From the NCBI GenBank assembly GCA_963677955.2, contig CAXXQR010000001.1, positions 5,662,429 to 5,726,428 on the forward strand: a stretch of 64,000 nucleotides of DNA, given 5' to 3'. Origin of the DNA: Prolixibacteraceae bacterium (GTDB lineage: Bacteria; Bacteroidota; Bacteroidia; Bacteroidales; Prolixibacteraceae). The number at the start of each line of letters is the position of its first letter. The first letter of the stretch is position 1. This document shows, one piece after another, positions 47,211-58,039 of the stretch. A program made the translations under genes and the position numbers. The notes beneath the pieces were generated by a model. That model made no database searches, was not told the origin of the DNA, and worked only from the letters and a program-made list of their open reading frames with translations.

Positions 47211-49409
47211 CTACCAACCAAGGTTCTGCCAATTGACTCCTGAAAGACCAATAATCTTGTCAACTTCATTCTGATCAATCGGGTACATTAGATATTTATC
47301 GGAAGAGCAGTTCCTGTCTCTAATTTTGAATCTATTATATGTCAAGGTTGATCCTTGTTTAGTGATTCTCATTCCGGTAACAAACTTATCTGTTTCGCTC
47401 AAAATTTTCCAGCGACGCACATCAAAGAAGCGATGCTCTTCAAAAGCCAACTCAATACGGCGTTCGTTCCGATATCTCTTTTCGAAGGCTTCCTTGGTCA
47501 TACCAGTCGGCAAAGCCGGCATTCCAACTCTTGCGCGAATTGCATTAACTGCACCTCTGGCACTCATTGAAAAGCTTCCTGAAGTAATGGTAGCATCAGG
47601 TCCATCTGATTGATAAGCTGATTCTGCAAAGTTCAAATAAAATTCGGCCAGACGGAACAATCGTACAGCACCATCAGCATCGTTACTTTGTCCTGATTTG
47701 AAATTATTGAATTTGCGTAAATAATATCCAGTGCGGGTATGTTTACGGTTAAGATCTGAAATCTCTTCATTTCCGCCAACATAAGTCTGGACTGCTGAGG
47801 CATCGACCTCACCTGAAGTAGAAGTTTTTACCTCAATCCGTATATTCTTAATCTGCATAGTAACTCCAGAGTTAACACCCACGTCAAAACGAAGATTATC
47901 TCCAGCATTTCCCCAACCGAACGAGGCAACATTGCTTGTGATATCAATAGAATAGGTACTCCATTCAGTTGATTTCGGAATAACAACTGGGTGAATCGAA
48001 TTGGCTTCTGAGAGTGCCGGGCCAAAAAAGATTTGAGGACTGACCTCTGCAGAACTTTTATACTCGAAAGCAAAAATAACAGAAGGAGGATTGTTCAAAC
48101 CTTCAGTTAGCGCTGAGAGCATTACATTTGGATCACCTCCGGTAGTCGTCAAATCGTAAGTCCCATTAGCCTCGGTCACATCAAGTTGATTGACAGCTCC
48201 GGTAAGGGTCAGATTATAGGTATCGTCACGATCATCAACAACCTTACCCAAATTCCGTGTTGCGCCGTTGTAATATATGGATGCGTAAAATCTTGGATCT
48301 CTTCCTTCGTAAGGTTTTGCAGGATCATAACCTGAAGTGTTGTTTACGATTGGATTCAACCGACTTGCATCTGAGTAACCAGTGATTGGTATTTCGCCAT
48401 TCTCCATTTCATAACTATCAACTAGCTCCTGCGTCGGACATGGACCTGCTTTTTCCATTCCCGGATTTGTTGGCAAACCAGCATATTTCCATATCTGCAT
48501 CTGATTACCGCGCTGATAAATCGTTTCTTTATCTACCGATCGTTGATCGTTGGAACTGGTAAAGAAATAAAGAGCATAAGTATTTTGGGCAATCGTGTTG
48601 TCAGGAATTACATCAAACAATTTGTAATCGTTTGCTAAACATTGAGCCAAAGCTTCCTTGTTTATTGCAGTTGCATCTGACCATGTGTAGGTGCCGTCTG
48701 ACCATAGTGGGCTAGCAGCATAAGTAATGGCTTCCGATTTAATTGCATAAGCTACCGCGCGGCTCATAATGCCGAACTGGTTGTCATAGATAGCCCAATG
48801 AAACCCATCTTCAGTATTCGGAACAGCCAACGCAGCATCGCAATCAGCCATGATGAATGTAACTACTTCAGAAAACTTAGCCCGGGAATCTTTAGAAAAA
48901 TCGTAACCCACTTCGATTGGTTTATCAAAAATAGGTACCCCGCCATAACGTTTTATCAATTGAAGATAGTAAAGTGCACGCAGAGTACGGGCTTGTGCAA
49001 CCCATCCGGCTTTTATTTCTTCGGTAGCATATACAGTAGCTGTCTTCATGTTTTCGATAAAGACATTACATTTCCGAATTCCTTCATAAAGACTTCCCCA
49101 TGGACTACCGTCTGATGAATAGGCTGGATATGTTGTAGAGGTAATACTTCCGGCATACCACAAGCTGTATCTCGAACCAGAAGTTATATCGTCCGCGTCC
49201 TGCGCTTCGTCCGTAAATGAGGAACGATCCATGTAAGGTGCTGGACAGTATCCGTAGCAAGAATTTAGATAACCTTTAGTCCGGTTCAGGTCACTGAAAA
49301 CCTCATCCATCGTTATGCGGCCATCGCTGGGCAAATCCAACTGTTTGTTACACGAAAATAGGAAGCCCGATAAAATTATAGCAAATAAAATATTAATATA
49401 TTTTTTCAT
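47211..49409 (-). CDS. susD: SusD/RagB lipoprotein (SusD2) with a 130-aa inserted module
   Basis: Lipobox LFSC; EARTLRALYY-type motif LIKRYGGVPI, RDPRFYASIYYNG, RLAEFYLNFAE, RNERRIELAFEEHRFFDVRRW. Confidence 0.95.
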   Translation of the reverse strand: MKKYINILFAIILSGFLFSCNKQLDLPSDGRITMDEVFSDLNRTKGYLNSCYGYCPAPYMDRSSFTDEAQDADDITSGSRYSLWYAGSITSTTYPAYSSDGSPWGSLYEGIRKCNVFIENMKTATVYATEEIKAGWVAQARTLRALYYLQLIKRYGGVPIFDKPIEVGYDFSKDSRAKFSEVVTFIMADCDAALAVPNTEDGFHWAIYDNQFGIMSRAVAYAIKSEAITYAASPLWSDGTYTWSDATAINKEALAQCLANDYKLFDVIPDNTIAQNTYALYFFTSSNDQRSVDKETIYQRGNQMQIWKYAGLPTNPGMEKAGPCPTQELVDSYEMENGEIPITGYSDASRLNPIVNNTSGYDPAKPYEGRDPRFYASIYYNGATRNLGKVVDDRDDTYNLTLTGAVNQLDVTEANGTYDLTTTGGDPNVMLSALTEGLNNPPSVIFAFEYKSSAEVSPQIFFGPALSEANSIHPVVIPKSTEWSTYSIDITSNVASFGWGNAGDNLRFDVGVNSGVTMQIKNIRIEVKTSTSGEVDASAVQTYVGGNEEISDLNRKHTRTGYYLRKFNNFKSGQSNDADGAVRLFRLAEFYLNFAESAYQSDGPDATITSGSFSMSARGAVNAIRARVGMPALPTGMTKEAFEKRYRNERRIELAFEEHRFFDVRRWKILSETDKFVTGMRITKQGSTLTYNRFKIRDRNCSSDKYLMYPIDQNEVDKIIGLSGVNWQNLGW

Positions 49410-49470
49410 CTGAATGTTTTTAATTTAAAAAAATTTACAGTTCATTTCTTCAGATTAAGTTATCAAACCA

Positions 49471-52400
49471 TCAGAATGTGATACTTACTCCAATGTTGTA
49501 AACCCTGTAAACAGGAAATGAAGAGTAGCTTCCTTCCGGTCCAAAATCATCAGATTTCATCTTATCCCATGTAATCAGGTTTTGTCCGCTAAGGATTAAT
49601 TTCGCAGAACCAGCTGAAATTGCTTTAGTCATTCTGCCAGGTAAGGTATAAGTCAGTTCAGCATTTTTAAGTCGTAAATATGACCTGTTATAGTTATAAT
49701 AATCATTCGATTCATGACTGACTGATTTTGTCAATGAAAGAGCAGGAGAGGTAATTTTATCACCATTCTGAAATCTTTCCTCGGTCCATGCATTTTGGTG
49801 CAGCGCACCAAATACTCCATCGTAACTGGTTTCATAAACATCGGTTCCTCCATAAATAGAAGAATAATCGCCTATTCCCTGAAACATAAGGTTTAATCCG
49901 AATGACTTATAATTTAAACCACCTGAGAAAGCATAAGTTATACGAGGAAGAGCTCCTTTTCCAATCGGAGCCATGTCGCGTTCGTCAATGATGCCATCGT
50001 TGTTCAAATCCTCATATTTAAGATCTCCAACCCGAGGGCTACCAAAGTCGTATTCCAGATTGCTGGTTTCAATTTCAGATTCGGAATTGAAAAATCCGTT
50101 ACCATTGCTATAATCTACCAGATATCCAAAACTTTGTCCATAAGAGTATCCTTCTTCTCTTTTCCTATAAGCATAATCTTCAGTCTTGACGGCTTCATTC
50201 CAATTAATGACTGTATTTTTGGCATAACTAAACATGCCTCCAACAAAAACGTTCAAATCTTTGCTGATTGATTTGGTGTAGTTTATCGTAATATCATATC
50301 CTTTATTTTCGAATGTTCCGGTATTGGTTTTCGGGTAATTATCTAAAGGGACTCCCTGATAAAGTGGAATCGTAGAATAAGCGCTAACAACCATGTTCTC
50401 CATGCGTTCGTTAAAAACATCAACTGAAACGGACAGGGCGTTGAACAATCCCATATCGATTCCATAGTTTTGTTTAGACGAAACTTCTGCCGCAATTTTT
50501 GGATTCCCCACAGTTCCTTCATTAATGTTATACTGAAGATAACCAATGCTTCCACCCCCGGTTACCGTTACATTATCGAGGTAAGAATAACGACTCAACC
50601 CGCTTTGATCGTTAGCCGTTTTTCCGTAAGAGGCCCTTAATTTAAGGTTACTTAGCCAATCAACTTCCTTCATAAAATTCTCGTTTGAAGCGACCCATGC
50701 AACCGAGACTGCAGGAGTAAGCGTATAACGACTATTACGAGCATATTGCTCTGAGCCAGAATAACCCATATCAAATTTGGCCAGATACCTATTATCGTAA
50801 CCATAGGTTGCTTCTAAACCAGAGCTTACCCTGTTGTATGGAAGACACCATGGTGATTGGGTATCTGTTTTTGTAAGGTTCTGGTAAAACATATAGCCCA
50901 TGCCTGTTACACGATGTTTTCCAAAATCGCGCTGGTAGTTCACGGCTATGTTATACGTCAGATGGTAATAAAATGAGTGTGATTTGCTATATGATAACGG
51001 GCTATCTGTTTCAGAACCCTTTTTAATAAAAGCAAGTTCAGTATTATCATCTGTTCTTATCCAACGCTCGTAGTTCTGTGTAGTTCCCAAACTTCCAACC
51101 GAGTTAGTCTGGTAAGCCATTACTCCATTCAAGCTTAACCCTTTTGTTAGAAAGCTCATGTCAAGATCAAGACCAAACTGAGAGGTAATGTTGGTTACAG
51201 TATGACGATAATAGCCTGAACGGTTAAGCATTCCATAGGTTGGAGAAGCTACGCGTTCTGTCGTGATCACCTTGCCTCCTGCATCCAAAATATTGCCCTC
51301 ACTATCAAGAACCTGTGGGGTTACAGGACCATAAACTGTTGAAGGCATCTGGAACAAACTGCTGTAGATTGTTGAATTTGCCGAACCTGGCGTCCTTTCC
51401 CGTTTCACATTTCCGCTCAAACGAACATAAGCCTTCAGATATTTATTAAGCATCATATCAACATTCGAACGATAATTTACCCACACATTGTTTGCATTCG
51501 GGTTATACTTGTCTTGATCTGTTTTAAATTGCCCTCCTTGATGCATGACATTGATATTTGAGAAAAACTGTACTTTTTTGCTTCCCCCACTTACGTTAAT
51601 TCCCACTCGCTGCATGCTGGCAAAGTCTTTCATAAATTTGTTGTACCAGTTGTTGTTGGGATAAAGATCAGGATTTGTTCCTGATCGATAGTTGGCAATT
51701 TGTTCCTCGCTAAACAAATAATTCCGACCAAGGCCGTCGTTATAAGCCGCTTGGTTTCTCATTTCTGCATAGTCAGCAGAATTGTAAAAAGTGGGGGTCG
51801 TAGTTACCTGTTGTACGGATTGATCAAAACGTGTGCTAATTTTTAATCCTTCTGTTGATCCCCTTTTTGTAGTAACCACAATTAAACCATTTGCTCCCTG
51901 AATACCATACAGTGCCTGAGTTGACGCATCTTTCAATACAGTGATTGATTCAATCTCGTTGGCAGAGATGTATTCCAGCGTTTGATTGCTATTGTATGCG
52001 CAAATAATTCCATCAATCATAACCAATGGACTTGCATCTCTGGCGGCTGAAATACCCCTAACATAAAGACTTGTATTAGCTCTGGACAATTCGGATGAAG
52101 TCTCCATTGCCATTAGGCCAGAGAGTCGACCCGCTAAGGTCTGTCCCAGATTAGCGACAGGTGATTTCTCAAGTTCCTTCCCACTTACCGTGGCTACAGA
52201 ACCGGAAATTTCGCTGCGCAACTGAGAAGTATAACCAAGTTGAATGACCTCATCCAAATTGTGTGCATCTGGTTTGAGCTTGACATCAATCTGCTCGTTA
52301 CTACCAATTTCAACTTTCTGTCTGGCATAACCAATGATTGAGAAAGTCAGGAATTCGCTCTTTTCATTCATAATCAGAACGTATTCCCCATTGGCATTAG

Positions 52401-52587
52401 TCAAGGCTCTGGATTGACCATCATCAGAAATTACTACCACTCCTTCAAGGGGGGTGCCAAATTCGTCCAATGCTACCCCATTAATGGAAGTTGATTGCTG
52501 CTGCGCGCTAAGTGTTGCCGCAAAGGAACACATCAACACAAACATAAACAGCATTCTTATTTTTATAGCTAATTTATTGTGTCTCAT
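49471..52587 (-). CDS. susC: SusC/RagA TonB-dependent transporter (SusC2)
   Basis: N-terminal carboxypeptidase-reg-like domain; VLKDASTQALYGIQGANGLIVVTTKRG plug motif; C-terminal YNIGVSITF. Confidence 0.96.
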   Translation of the reverse strand: MRHNKLAIKIRMLFMFVLMCSFAATLSAQQQSTSINGVALDEFGTPLEGVVVISDDGQSRALTNANGEYVLIMNEKSEFLTFSIIGYARQKVEIGSNEQIDVKLKPDAHNLDEVIQLGYTSQLRSEISGSVATVSGKELEKSPVANLGQTLAGRLSGLMAMETSSELSRANTSLYVRGISAARDASPLVMIDGIICAYNSNQTLEYISANEIESITVLKDASTQALYGIQGANGLIVVTTKRGSTEGLKISTRFDQSVQQVTTTPTFYNSADYAEMRNQAAYNDGLGRNYLFSEEQIANYRSGTNPDLYPNNNWYNKFMKDFASMQRVGINVSGGSKKVQFFSNINVMHQGGQFKTDQDKYNPNANNVWVNYRSNVDMMLNKYLKAYVRLSGNVKRERTPGSANSTIYSSLFQMPSTVYGPVTPQVLDSEGNILDAGGKVITTERVASPTYGMLNRSGYYRHTVTNITSQFGLDLDMSFLTKGLSLNGVMAYQTNSVGSLGTTQNYERWIRTDDNTELAFIKKGSETDSPLSYSKSHSFYYHLTYNIAVNYQRDFGKHRVTGMGYMFYQNLTKTDTQSPWCLPYNRVSSGLEATYGYDNRYLAKFDMGYSGSEQYARNSRYTLTPAVSVAWVASNENFMKEVDWLSNLKLRASYGKTANDQSGLSRYSYLDNVTVTGGGSIGYLQYNINEGTVGNPKIAAEVSSKQNYGIDMGLFNALSVSVDVFNERMENMVVSAYSTIPLYQGVPLDNYPKTNTGTFENKGYDITINYTKSISKDLNVFVGGMFSYAKNTVINWNEAVKTEDYAYRKREEGYSYGQSFGYLVDYSNGNGFFNSESEIETSNLEYDFGSPRVGDLKYEDLNNDGIIDERDMAPIGKGALPRITYAFSGGLNYKSFGLNLMFQGIGDYSSIYGGTDVYETSYDGVFGALHQNAWTEERFQNGDKITSPALSLTKSVSHESNDYYNYNRSYLRLKNAELTYTLPGRMTKAISAGSAKLILSGQNLITWDKMKSDDFGPEGSYSSFPVYRVYNIGVSITF

Positions 52588-52621
52588 TATGATTTTTCAT
52601 TTAAGTCCATTACTAATATTA

Positions 52622-54520
52622 CTACCAACCTAGATTTTGCCAATCTTCACCAGTAATCGCTTTAAGTCGATTCGCTTCAGCAAGAGGCATCGGTACTCTA
52701 AGGAATTTGTTGGTGTAACACTTCCTCTCGGTGGCGCGCACGTTGCGGCGCCCATAAGAATAAGTACCGTCCGAATTTCGGGTTATTTCCATTGCTGTTA
52801 TCCATCTATCGGTTTTTGAAAGATCACTTTCAGGATCGCACCAACGACGTACATCGAAATAACGATTCTCTTCCATTGCCAGTTCGACTCTTCGTTCATT
52901 GCGAACGCGCAGAATGAGAGCCTCTTTGGATAACGACGCCGGTATGTCAGGCATACCAACTCTTCTTCGTATTTCATTCACGGCATCTGTAGCTTCTGTT
53001 AACTTTCCAGCTTCTGCTGCGGCTTCAGCAAAGTTCAGAATTACTTCGCCTAAGCGAAAAAGTTTCCAGTTCGCTCCTCCAACAACATTATCGCCTCCTG
53101 AGTTTGGATGCAAAAATTTTCGTTCAAAGTATCCCGTTCGTGTAGCTCTTCTTACTGAAGCACTAATACCTGTCTGAGGTTCGCCAACATAGGTTGCAAT
53201 AATTCTGGTCCTATTACCCATAGGTGCAGGATAATTCTCATAAGATTCAGGGGCTTCAGCAAAACTCCAATAACATTTTCGTTTTGAACCATTATAGTAA
53301 ATTGAAGCATAAAAACGGGGATCTCTATTTGCATAAGGATCCTGTGGATTATAAAGCGAATTGGCTGAATTATAATTGGGCTGTAAATGATTTTCATCAA
53401 GATATGGAGTTTCAAGATTCAGAATTGATTGCCCATCAATGGTTTCGTAAGCATCCACCAACTCCTGTGAAGGACATGTTCCAGATTTATATCCATCTTG
53501 GCACCCAATACCATCAATGTTCCATATATTTCCCTGGCCTTCACGACTTTGATAGATCGTCTCTTTATCAACAGGAGTTGACGAATAACTCATCGTTTGC
53601 GTAAAATATTCATTATAAAGCGCAGAGTATTCACTCTTCTCTGGTCCAATAAATGCCACATCTGACATATAAGTTTGAGGAAAATTTACTTTGCTGTACA
53701 ATTCAAATCCATTTGACTTCAGGTTTGCAAGCGAAGTTTTGTTGATTTGATAAGCCTCTTGCCAATAGTCATTTCCTTCGTTATAGAGTGGACTAGCAGC
53801 AAAAAGGATCATTTTCGATTTAATTGCTTCTGCCATTCCTTTATTTACACGCCCAGATTCTGAAGCTATGGTAATCCTCCAGGGTAATTCGGCGGTAGCA
53901 ATAGCAACGTCACAATCCGCAATAATGAATTTAACTACATCATAATAACTTTCTTTCTTCAGTTCAGAAAAATCATCAGCAAGACCGTATGAAGTCTGTT
54001 CGATTGGTAGAACAGGGCCAAACCATTTGAGCAATTCAGAATAATAATACGCTCTAAGTAAATGTGCTTCAGCCTTCCAGCGTTTGCGATCAGTTTCATT
54101 GGTTACAGTGGCATTATCTATACGCTCAATAAATACAGAACAATTGCGAATCGCACTCCAATACCTGGCCCAGTAATCGCCATTTCCCATATCAGAACTA
54201 ATATTGGTAACCGGATGGTTACTTGCAGAAGCATCTCCGTTATACATACGACCCGACATAATCCATGATTCGGCTTCTGCATCAGTGTCCCAAGCTTCAT
54301 CGCTCCAATCGACCGGGCCTCTGCTCCAGAAAAAATACCTTGTGCCTTTCGCTGGCATATTTGTATAACAACTGTTAAGAAATGCCCCGACCTTTTCATT
54401 ATCAGTAAAAACTTCATCCATTGTAATTTTACCATCGGGAGCCATATCCAAGGCTTTAGAACATGACCCTAAGGTTAGTATCACCACTACTAATGCGGAG
54501 TATATGCATTTAATCTTCAT
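52622..54520 (-). CDS. susD: SusD/RagB lipoprotein (SusD1)
   Basis: Lipobox LGSC; EAHLLRAYYY, RDPRFYASIYYNG, RLGEVILNFAEA, RNERRVELAMEENRYFDVRRW. Confidence 0.95.
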   Translation of the reverse strand: MKIKCIYSALVVVILTLGSCSKALDMAPDGKITMDEVFTDNEKVGAFLNSCYTNMPAKGTRYFFWSRGPVDWSDEAWDTDAEAESWIMSGRMYNGDASASNHPVTNISSDMGNGDYWARYWSAIRNCSVFIERIDNATVTNETDRKRWKAEAHLLRAYYYSELLKWFGPVLPIEQTSYGLADDFSELKKESYYDVVKFIIADCDVAIATAELPWRITIASESGRVNKGMAEAIKSKMILFAASPLYNEGNDYWQEAYQINKTSLANLKSNGFELYSKVNFPQTYMSDVAFIGPEKSEYSALYNEYFTQTMSYSSTPVDKETIYQSREGQGNIWNIDGIGCQDGYKSGTCPSQELVDAYETIDGQSILNLETPYLDENHLQPNYNSANSLYNPQDPYANRDPRFYASIYYNGSKRKCYWSFAEAPESYENYPAPMGNRTRIIATYVGEPQTGISASVRRATRTGYFERKFLHPNSGGDNVVGGANWKLFRLGEVILNFAEAAAEAGKLTEATDAVNEIRRRVGMPDIPASLSKEALILRVRNERRVELAMEENRYFDVRRWCDPESDLSKTDRWITAMEITRNSDGTYSYGRRNVRATERKCYTNKFLRVPMPLAEANRLKAITGEDWQNLGW

Positions 54521-54540
54521 AATTTTAATAATTTAAAGGA

Positions 54541-57500
54541 TTAGAAAGTGAGGTCGAGACCAAAGTTTTTCATTTTGGTTACAGGATACCCGATTGGATT
54601 GTTGTTCTCCGGATCGAGGTGACCCATTCTTAAATGATCCCACGTAAAGAGGTTTTGTCCACTCACATAAATCCTTAGATTCTGTACTCCAAGTCTTTTG
54701 AGTGACCCCTTAGGAAGCGTATATCCCAACTCTATATTTTTCAGACGGGTAAAAGAACGATCCATGATAAAGAAATCGTTCGCCACATGATTTGTATTGC
54801 TGTGAGTACTTAATGCCGGATAAGTAATTTTCTCCCCATTAGCATATCGCTCAGCAGTCCAGGCATTTTTGTGGTAATCAAAATAAGTTCCCTTTATGAT
54901 GTACTCGTATACACCCTGGGCAGCATAATTGCTGCTATATTTACCAACGCCTTGAAAAAATACAGTGAAGTCGAAGTTTTTGTATGCAAGATTAATGGTG
55001 AGCCCATAGGCAACACGAGGGATACTGGAAAATCCGATTGGTGCCTGATCCTTGTCATTGATAATGCCATCTTTATTCAAGTCTATATATTTGAAATCAC
55101 CAACACGCGGATCTCCAAAGCCATAAGTTGTTGTGGCCAAGTAATTGTCTAATTCTTCCTGTGAATTGAAGTATCCGTTACCATTGCTGTAATCAATTTT
55201 GTAACCCCATGCCTGTCCAATGGAATAACCAGTGCTTCGGTAACGATAAGCGTATGATTCGTCACGAATTGGTTCATCCATGTACTTTCTTTTATTGTGA
55301 TTATAACCATAATTACCTCTGATTGTAATCGAAAGATCTTTGGACAACGTTTTATTGTATGTCATCTCAATCTCATACCCACTATTGTCAACTTTTCCCA
55401 TATTAACTTTTGGTATATTACCCAAAGGAACACCCTGCAATTCAGGAACGGTACCACGAGATATAAGGATCTGACTCCGGTTCTCAACAAAGTAATCAAC
55501 TGAAAGGCCAAGCTCACTAAATAGTTGAAGATCGACACCATAATTTTGTTTTTTAGCAACCTCCCAACTTAAGTTCGGATTTCCCAAAAGCCCTTGATTT
55601 ACTCCTTGCCCCAAACCCAGGCTACCAAGAGGTCCTCCTCCCATACTGATATTATCTTGATAAAGGAAACGTGCATTCCCCATTTTATCGTTACCAACCT
55701 TTCCATACGAAGCCCTTAGTTTCAGGCTACTGATAATTTCGCTTTCTTTCAGAAAATCTTCATTGGATATAACCCAACCTGCAGATATTGCAGGGAAGAA
55801 CCCGTAACGTTTACTTGGTGCAAATTGCTCGGAACCGTTGTAGCCCATATCCACTTCTCCTAGGTACCGGCTATCGTAATCATAGGTAAAACGACCTGAA
55901 ACGCCCAACAGATTGTATGGGATTTCTCCCGCTGTTGTTTCCCAATAATCTCTTTGGGCCAAAATCATTCCGGTAACATTGTGTTTCAATCCAAATGTCC
56001 TTTTGTAATTAATAGATCCCTGCATGTTAATGTTGTAACGAGAATCAGCGCCCTTACTTATTGAAAGTAAACTTTCACCTGACCGTTTAACAGCATAACT
56101 CAATGTATTTGTTGCAGAATTAACGTCAGCCAAGTATAGTCGTTCTGATTTATCTCCCTGCATAGCTGTAGTTGATTTTGAATCATATGACATCATCCCT
56201 TTTACACTTAAACCTTTAGTAATAATCTCACTTAAATCCCAATCCAGAGCAAAGGAGGCATTAAGGTTAGCTCTTACTTCATTCCGATATCCCATACGAT
56301 TCATAATTTCAAAAGCAGAACGATCCATGTAACCAGGGTCGACTATTTGTCCAGGCTCAACTCCAAAACCAGCAATAGTAGTTGGGCCGGGAGTTATTGG
56401 AAGAATTGTTTGCGCCTGATAAAGAAGATCTGACATCATCCAATTTGTATCGTTACCATATAACCAAGCTGCGGGCATATTAACTTGTTCAATGTAACTT
56501 CCAATATTCAGAAATGATTTTAATGATTTCGTTACATTGTAGTCAATATTAGCCCTGAAATTATAACGATCCATTTTGGAAGAGGGGTCATACCCTAAAA
56601 CTGATTTAGATTCGGTATTCAGATTTCCTCCCTGATGAAGGTAAGCCGCATTCACGAAATAAGAAATTTTTTCGGTACCACCACTTGCGCTCATATTAAT
56701 TCGCGTTTGCGGCGCATACCTGGAAATATATTCACGATAATAATCATGGTCAGGGTACATATATTGACGGATGCGGGCTTGTTCTGCATAATCTGAAGCA
56801 TTCGGATCAAGGCCTGCCAGCGGATTTGCATACCTATCCATGGTTGTTTGATCAAAAGGAGGTGTTGTTATCCCGTCATTCAATGAAGCTTCATTCCGAA
56901 GTGCCATATATTCCAAAGAATGAAGACGCTCGGGTTCACGTGTAAATGAAGTATAACTCTGTTCGGCATTAACCGAAAGCTCCATTTTACCAGTAGTACC
57001 TCGTCGGGTGGTAATCAGAATTACACCATTAGCTCCTCGTACACCAAACAAGGCTGTAGCCGATGCATCCTTTAATATTGAAACCGATGCTACTTCATTG
57101 GGGTCAATTGTGCGAATGTTATCGCGAGGAACTCCATCTATAAGGATCAATGGACTCGTACCATTGGTAGTAGCGGCTCCACGCAGATACATAGTTGCAT
57201 CATCGCGCCCAGGCTGGCCACCACCTGATTGGATAGAAGTCAAACCGGAAATCCGACCTGACAATGCATTAGCTAAACTGGCAGACGAGCTTTGTACAAT
57301 TTCTTTGGTTTCGATGGAAGAGACTGCTCCTGTAACAGTAGCTTTTTTCTGAACACCATAACCGACAGCGACAACTTCTTCCAATCCGACAGTCTCGTCT
57401 TCCATTACTACAGTAAAGTTTGTTTTATTTCCAACCGGAACTTCCTGAGTTTTCATTCCAACAAATGAGAAAACCAGAATTTTGGCTTCACCTGTATAAA

Positions 57501-58026
57501 GCACCCGAAAATTTCCATCTGCATCAGAAATATTACCGAATGTTGTGCCTTTAATAATAACAGTAACCCCAGGCACCGATATATTTTGCTTATCAACAAC
57601 TCTTCCCGTTATTTCCTTTTTTTGTTCGACAACGGATGGTTCTATAATACCCCCAGTCGCTGGATTTTTTTTGCCGATGACAATTTGTCGGTCAAAAACC
57701 TCAAACGTATTTCCTGTCGAATCCAAAACTCTTTCAAGAATTTTTTCAACAGAAAGGTTCTCTACTCGAATATTGATTTTTTGATTTAAATCTAGAGCAT
57801 CATCGTAAAACACAAAAATAAATTCACTTTTGCTTTCGATTTCTTTAATTAGCTGTTGGATTGTTGCATTTTGTAAATTTAATGACAACTTCGTATTCTG
57901 AGAATAGCTGACACTGGCACTTACAGAAGCAATGGTGGTTAGCAGAAAAAACAGACATATTTTCATAGTCAGTAATAGTTTTTTCAGGTACCGAAATTTC
58001 GGTTCATGAAACTTGTTTTTTTTCAT
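54541..58026 (-). CDS. susC: SusC/RagA TonB-dependent transducer with N-terminal STN signalling domain (SusC1)
   Basis: SLNLQNATIQQLIKEIESKSEFIF (STN); ILKDASATALFGVRGANGVILITTRRG; ends NFGLDLTF. Confidence 0.97.
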   Translation of the reverse strand: MKKNKFHEPKFRYLKKLLLTMKICLFFLLTTIASVSASVSYSQNTKLSLNLQNATIQQLIKEIESKSEFIFVFYDDALDLNQKINIRVENLSVEKILERVLDSTGNTFEVFDRQIVIGKKNPATGGIIEPSVVEQKKEITGRVVDKQNISVPGVTVIIKGTTFGNISDADGNFRVLYTGEAKILVFSFVGMKTQEVPVGNKTNFTVVMEDETVGLEEVVAVGYGVQKKATVTGAVSSIETKEIVQSSSASLANALSGRISGLTSIQSGGGQPGRDDATMYLRGAATTNGTSPLILIDGVPRDNIRTIDPNEVASVSILKDASATALFGVRGANGVILITTRRGTTGKMELSVNAEQSYTSFTREPERLHSLEYMALRNEASLNDGITTPPFDQTTMDRYANPLAGLDPNASDYAEQARIRQYMYPDHDYYREYISRYAPQTRINMSASGGTEKISYFVNAAYLHQGGNLNTESKSVLGYDPSSKMDRYNFRANIDYNVTKSLKSFLNIGSYIEQVNMPAAWLYGNDTNWMMSDLLYQAQTILPITPGPTTIAGFGVEPGQIVDPGYMDRSAFEIMNRMGYRNEVRANLNASFALDWDLSEIITKGLSVKGMMSYDSKSTTAMQGDKSERLYLADVNSATNTLSYAVKRSGESLLSISKGADSRYNINMQGSINYKRTFGLKHNVTGMILAQRDYWETTAGEIPYNLLGVSGRFTYDYDSRYLGEVDMGYNGSEQFAPSKRYGFFPAISAGWVISNEDFLKESEIISSLKLRASYGKVGNDKMGNARFLYQDNISMGGGPLGSLGLGQGVNQGLLGNPNLSWEVAKKQNYGVDLQLFSELGLSVDYFVENRSQILISRGTVPELQGVPLGNIPKVNMGKVDNSGYEIEMTYNKTLSKDLSITIRGNYGYNHNKRKYMDEPIRDESYAYRYRSTGYSIGQAWGYKIDYSNGNGYFNSQEELDNYLATTTYGFGDPRVGDFKYIDLNKDGIINDKDQAPIGFSSIPRVAYGLTINLAYKNFDFTVFFQGVGKYSSNYAAQGVYEYIIKGTYFDYHKNAWTAERYANGEKITYPALSTHSNTNHVANDFFIMDRSFTRLKNIELGYTLPKGSLKRLGVQNLRIYVSGQNLFTWDHLRMGHLDPENNNPIGYPVTKMKNFGLDLTF

Positions 58027-58033
58027 AAATTTG
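58026..58033 (+). promoter_or_regulatory. sigmaA -7 element on the antisense strand, overlapping the susC1 start codon
   Basis: TAAATTTG is an exact TAnnTTTG match; no clear -33 element. Confidence 0.35.
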
Positions 58034-58039
58034 ATTCGT

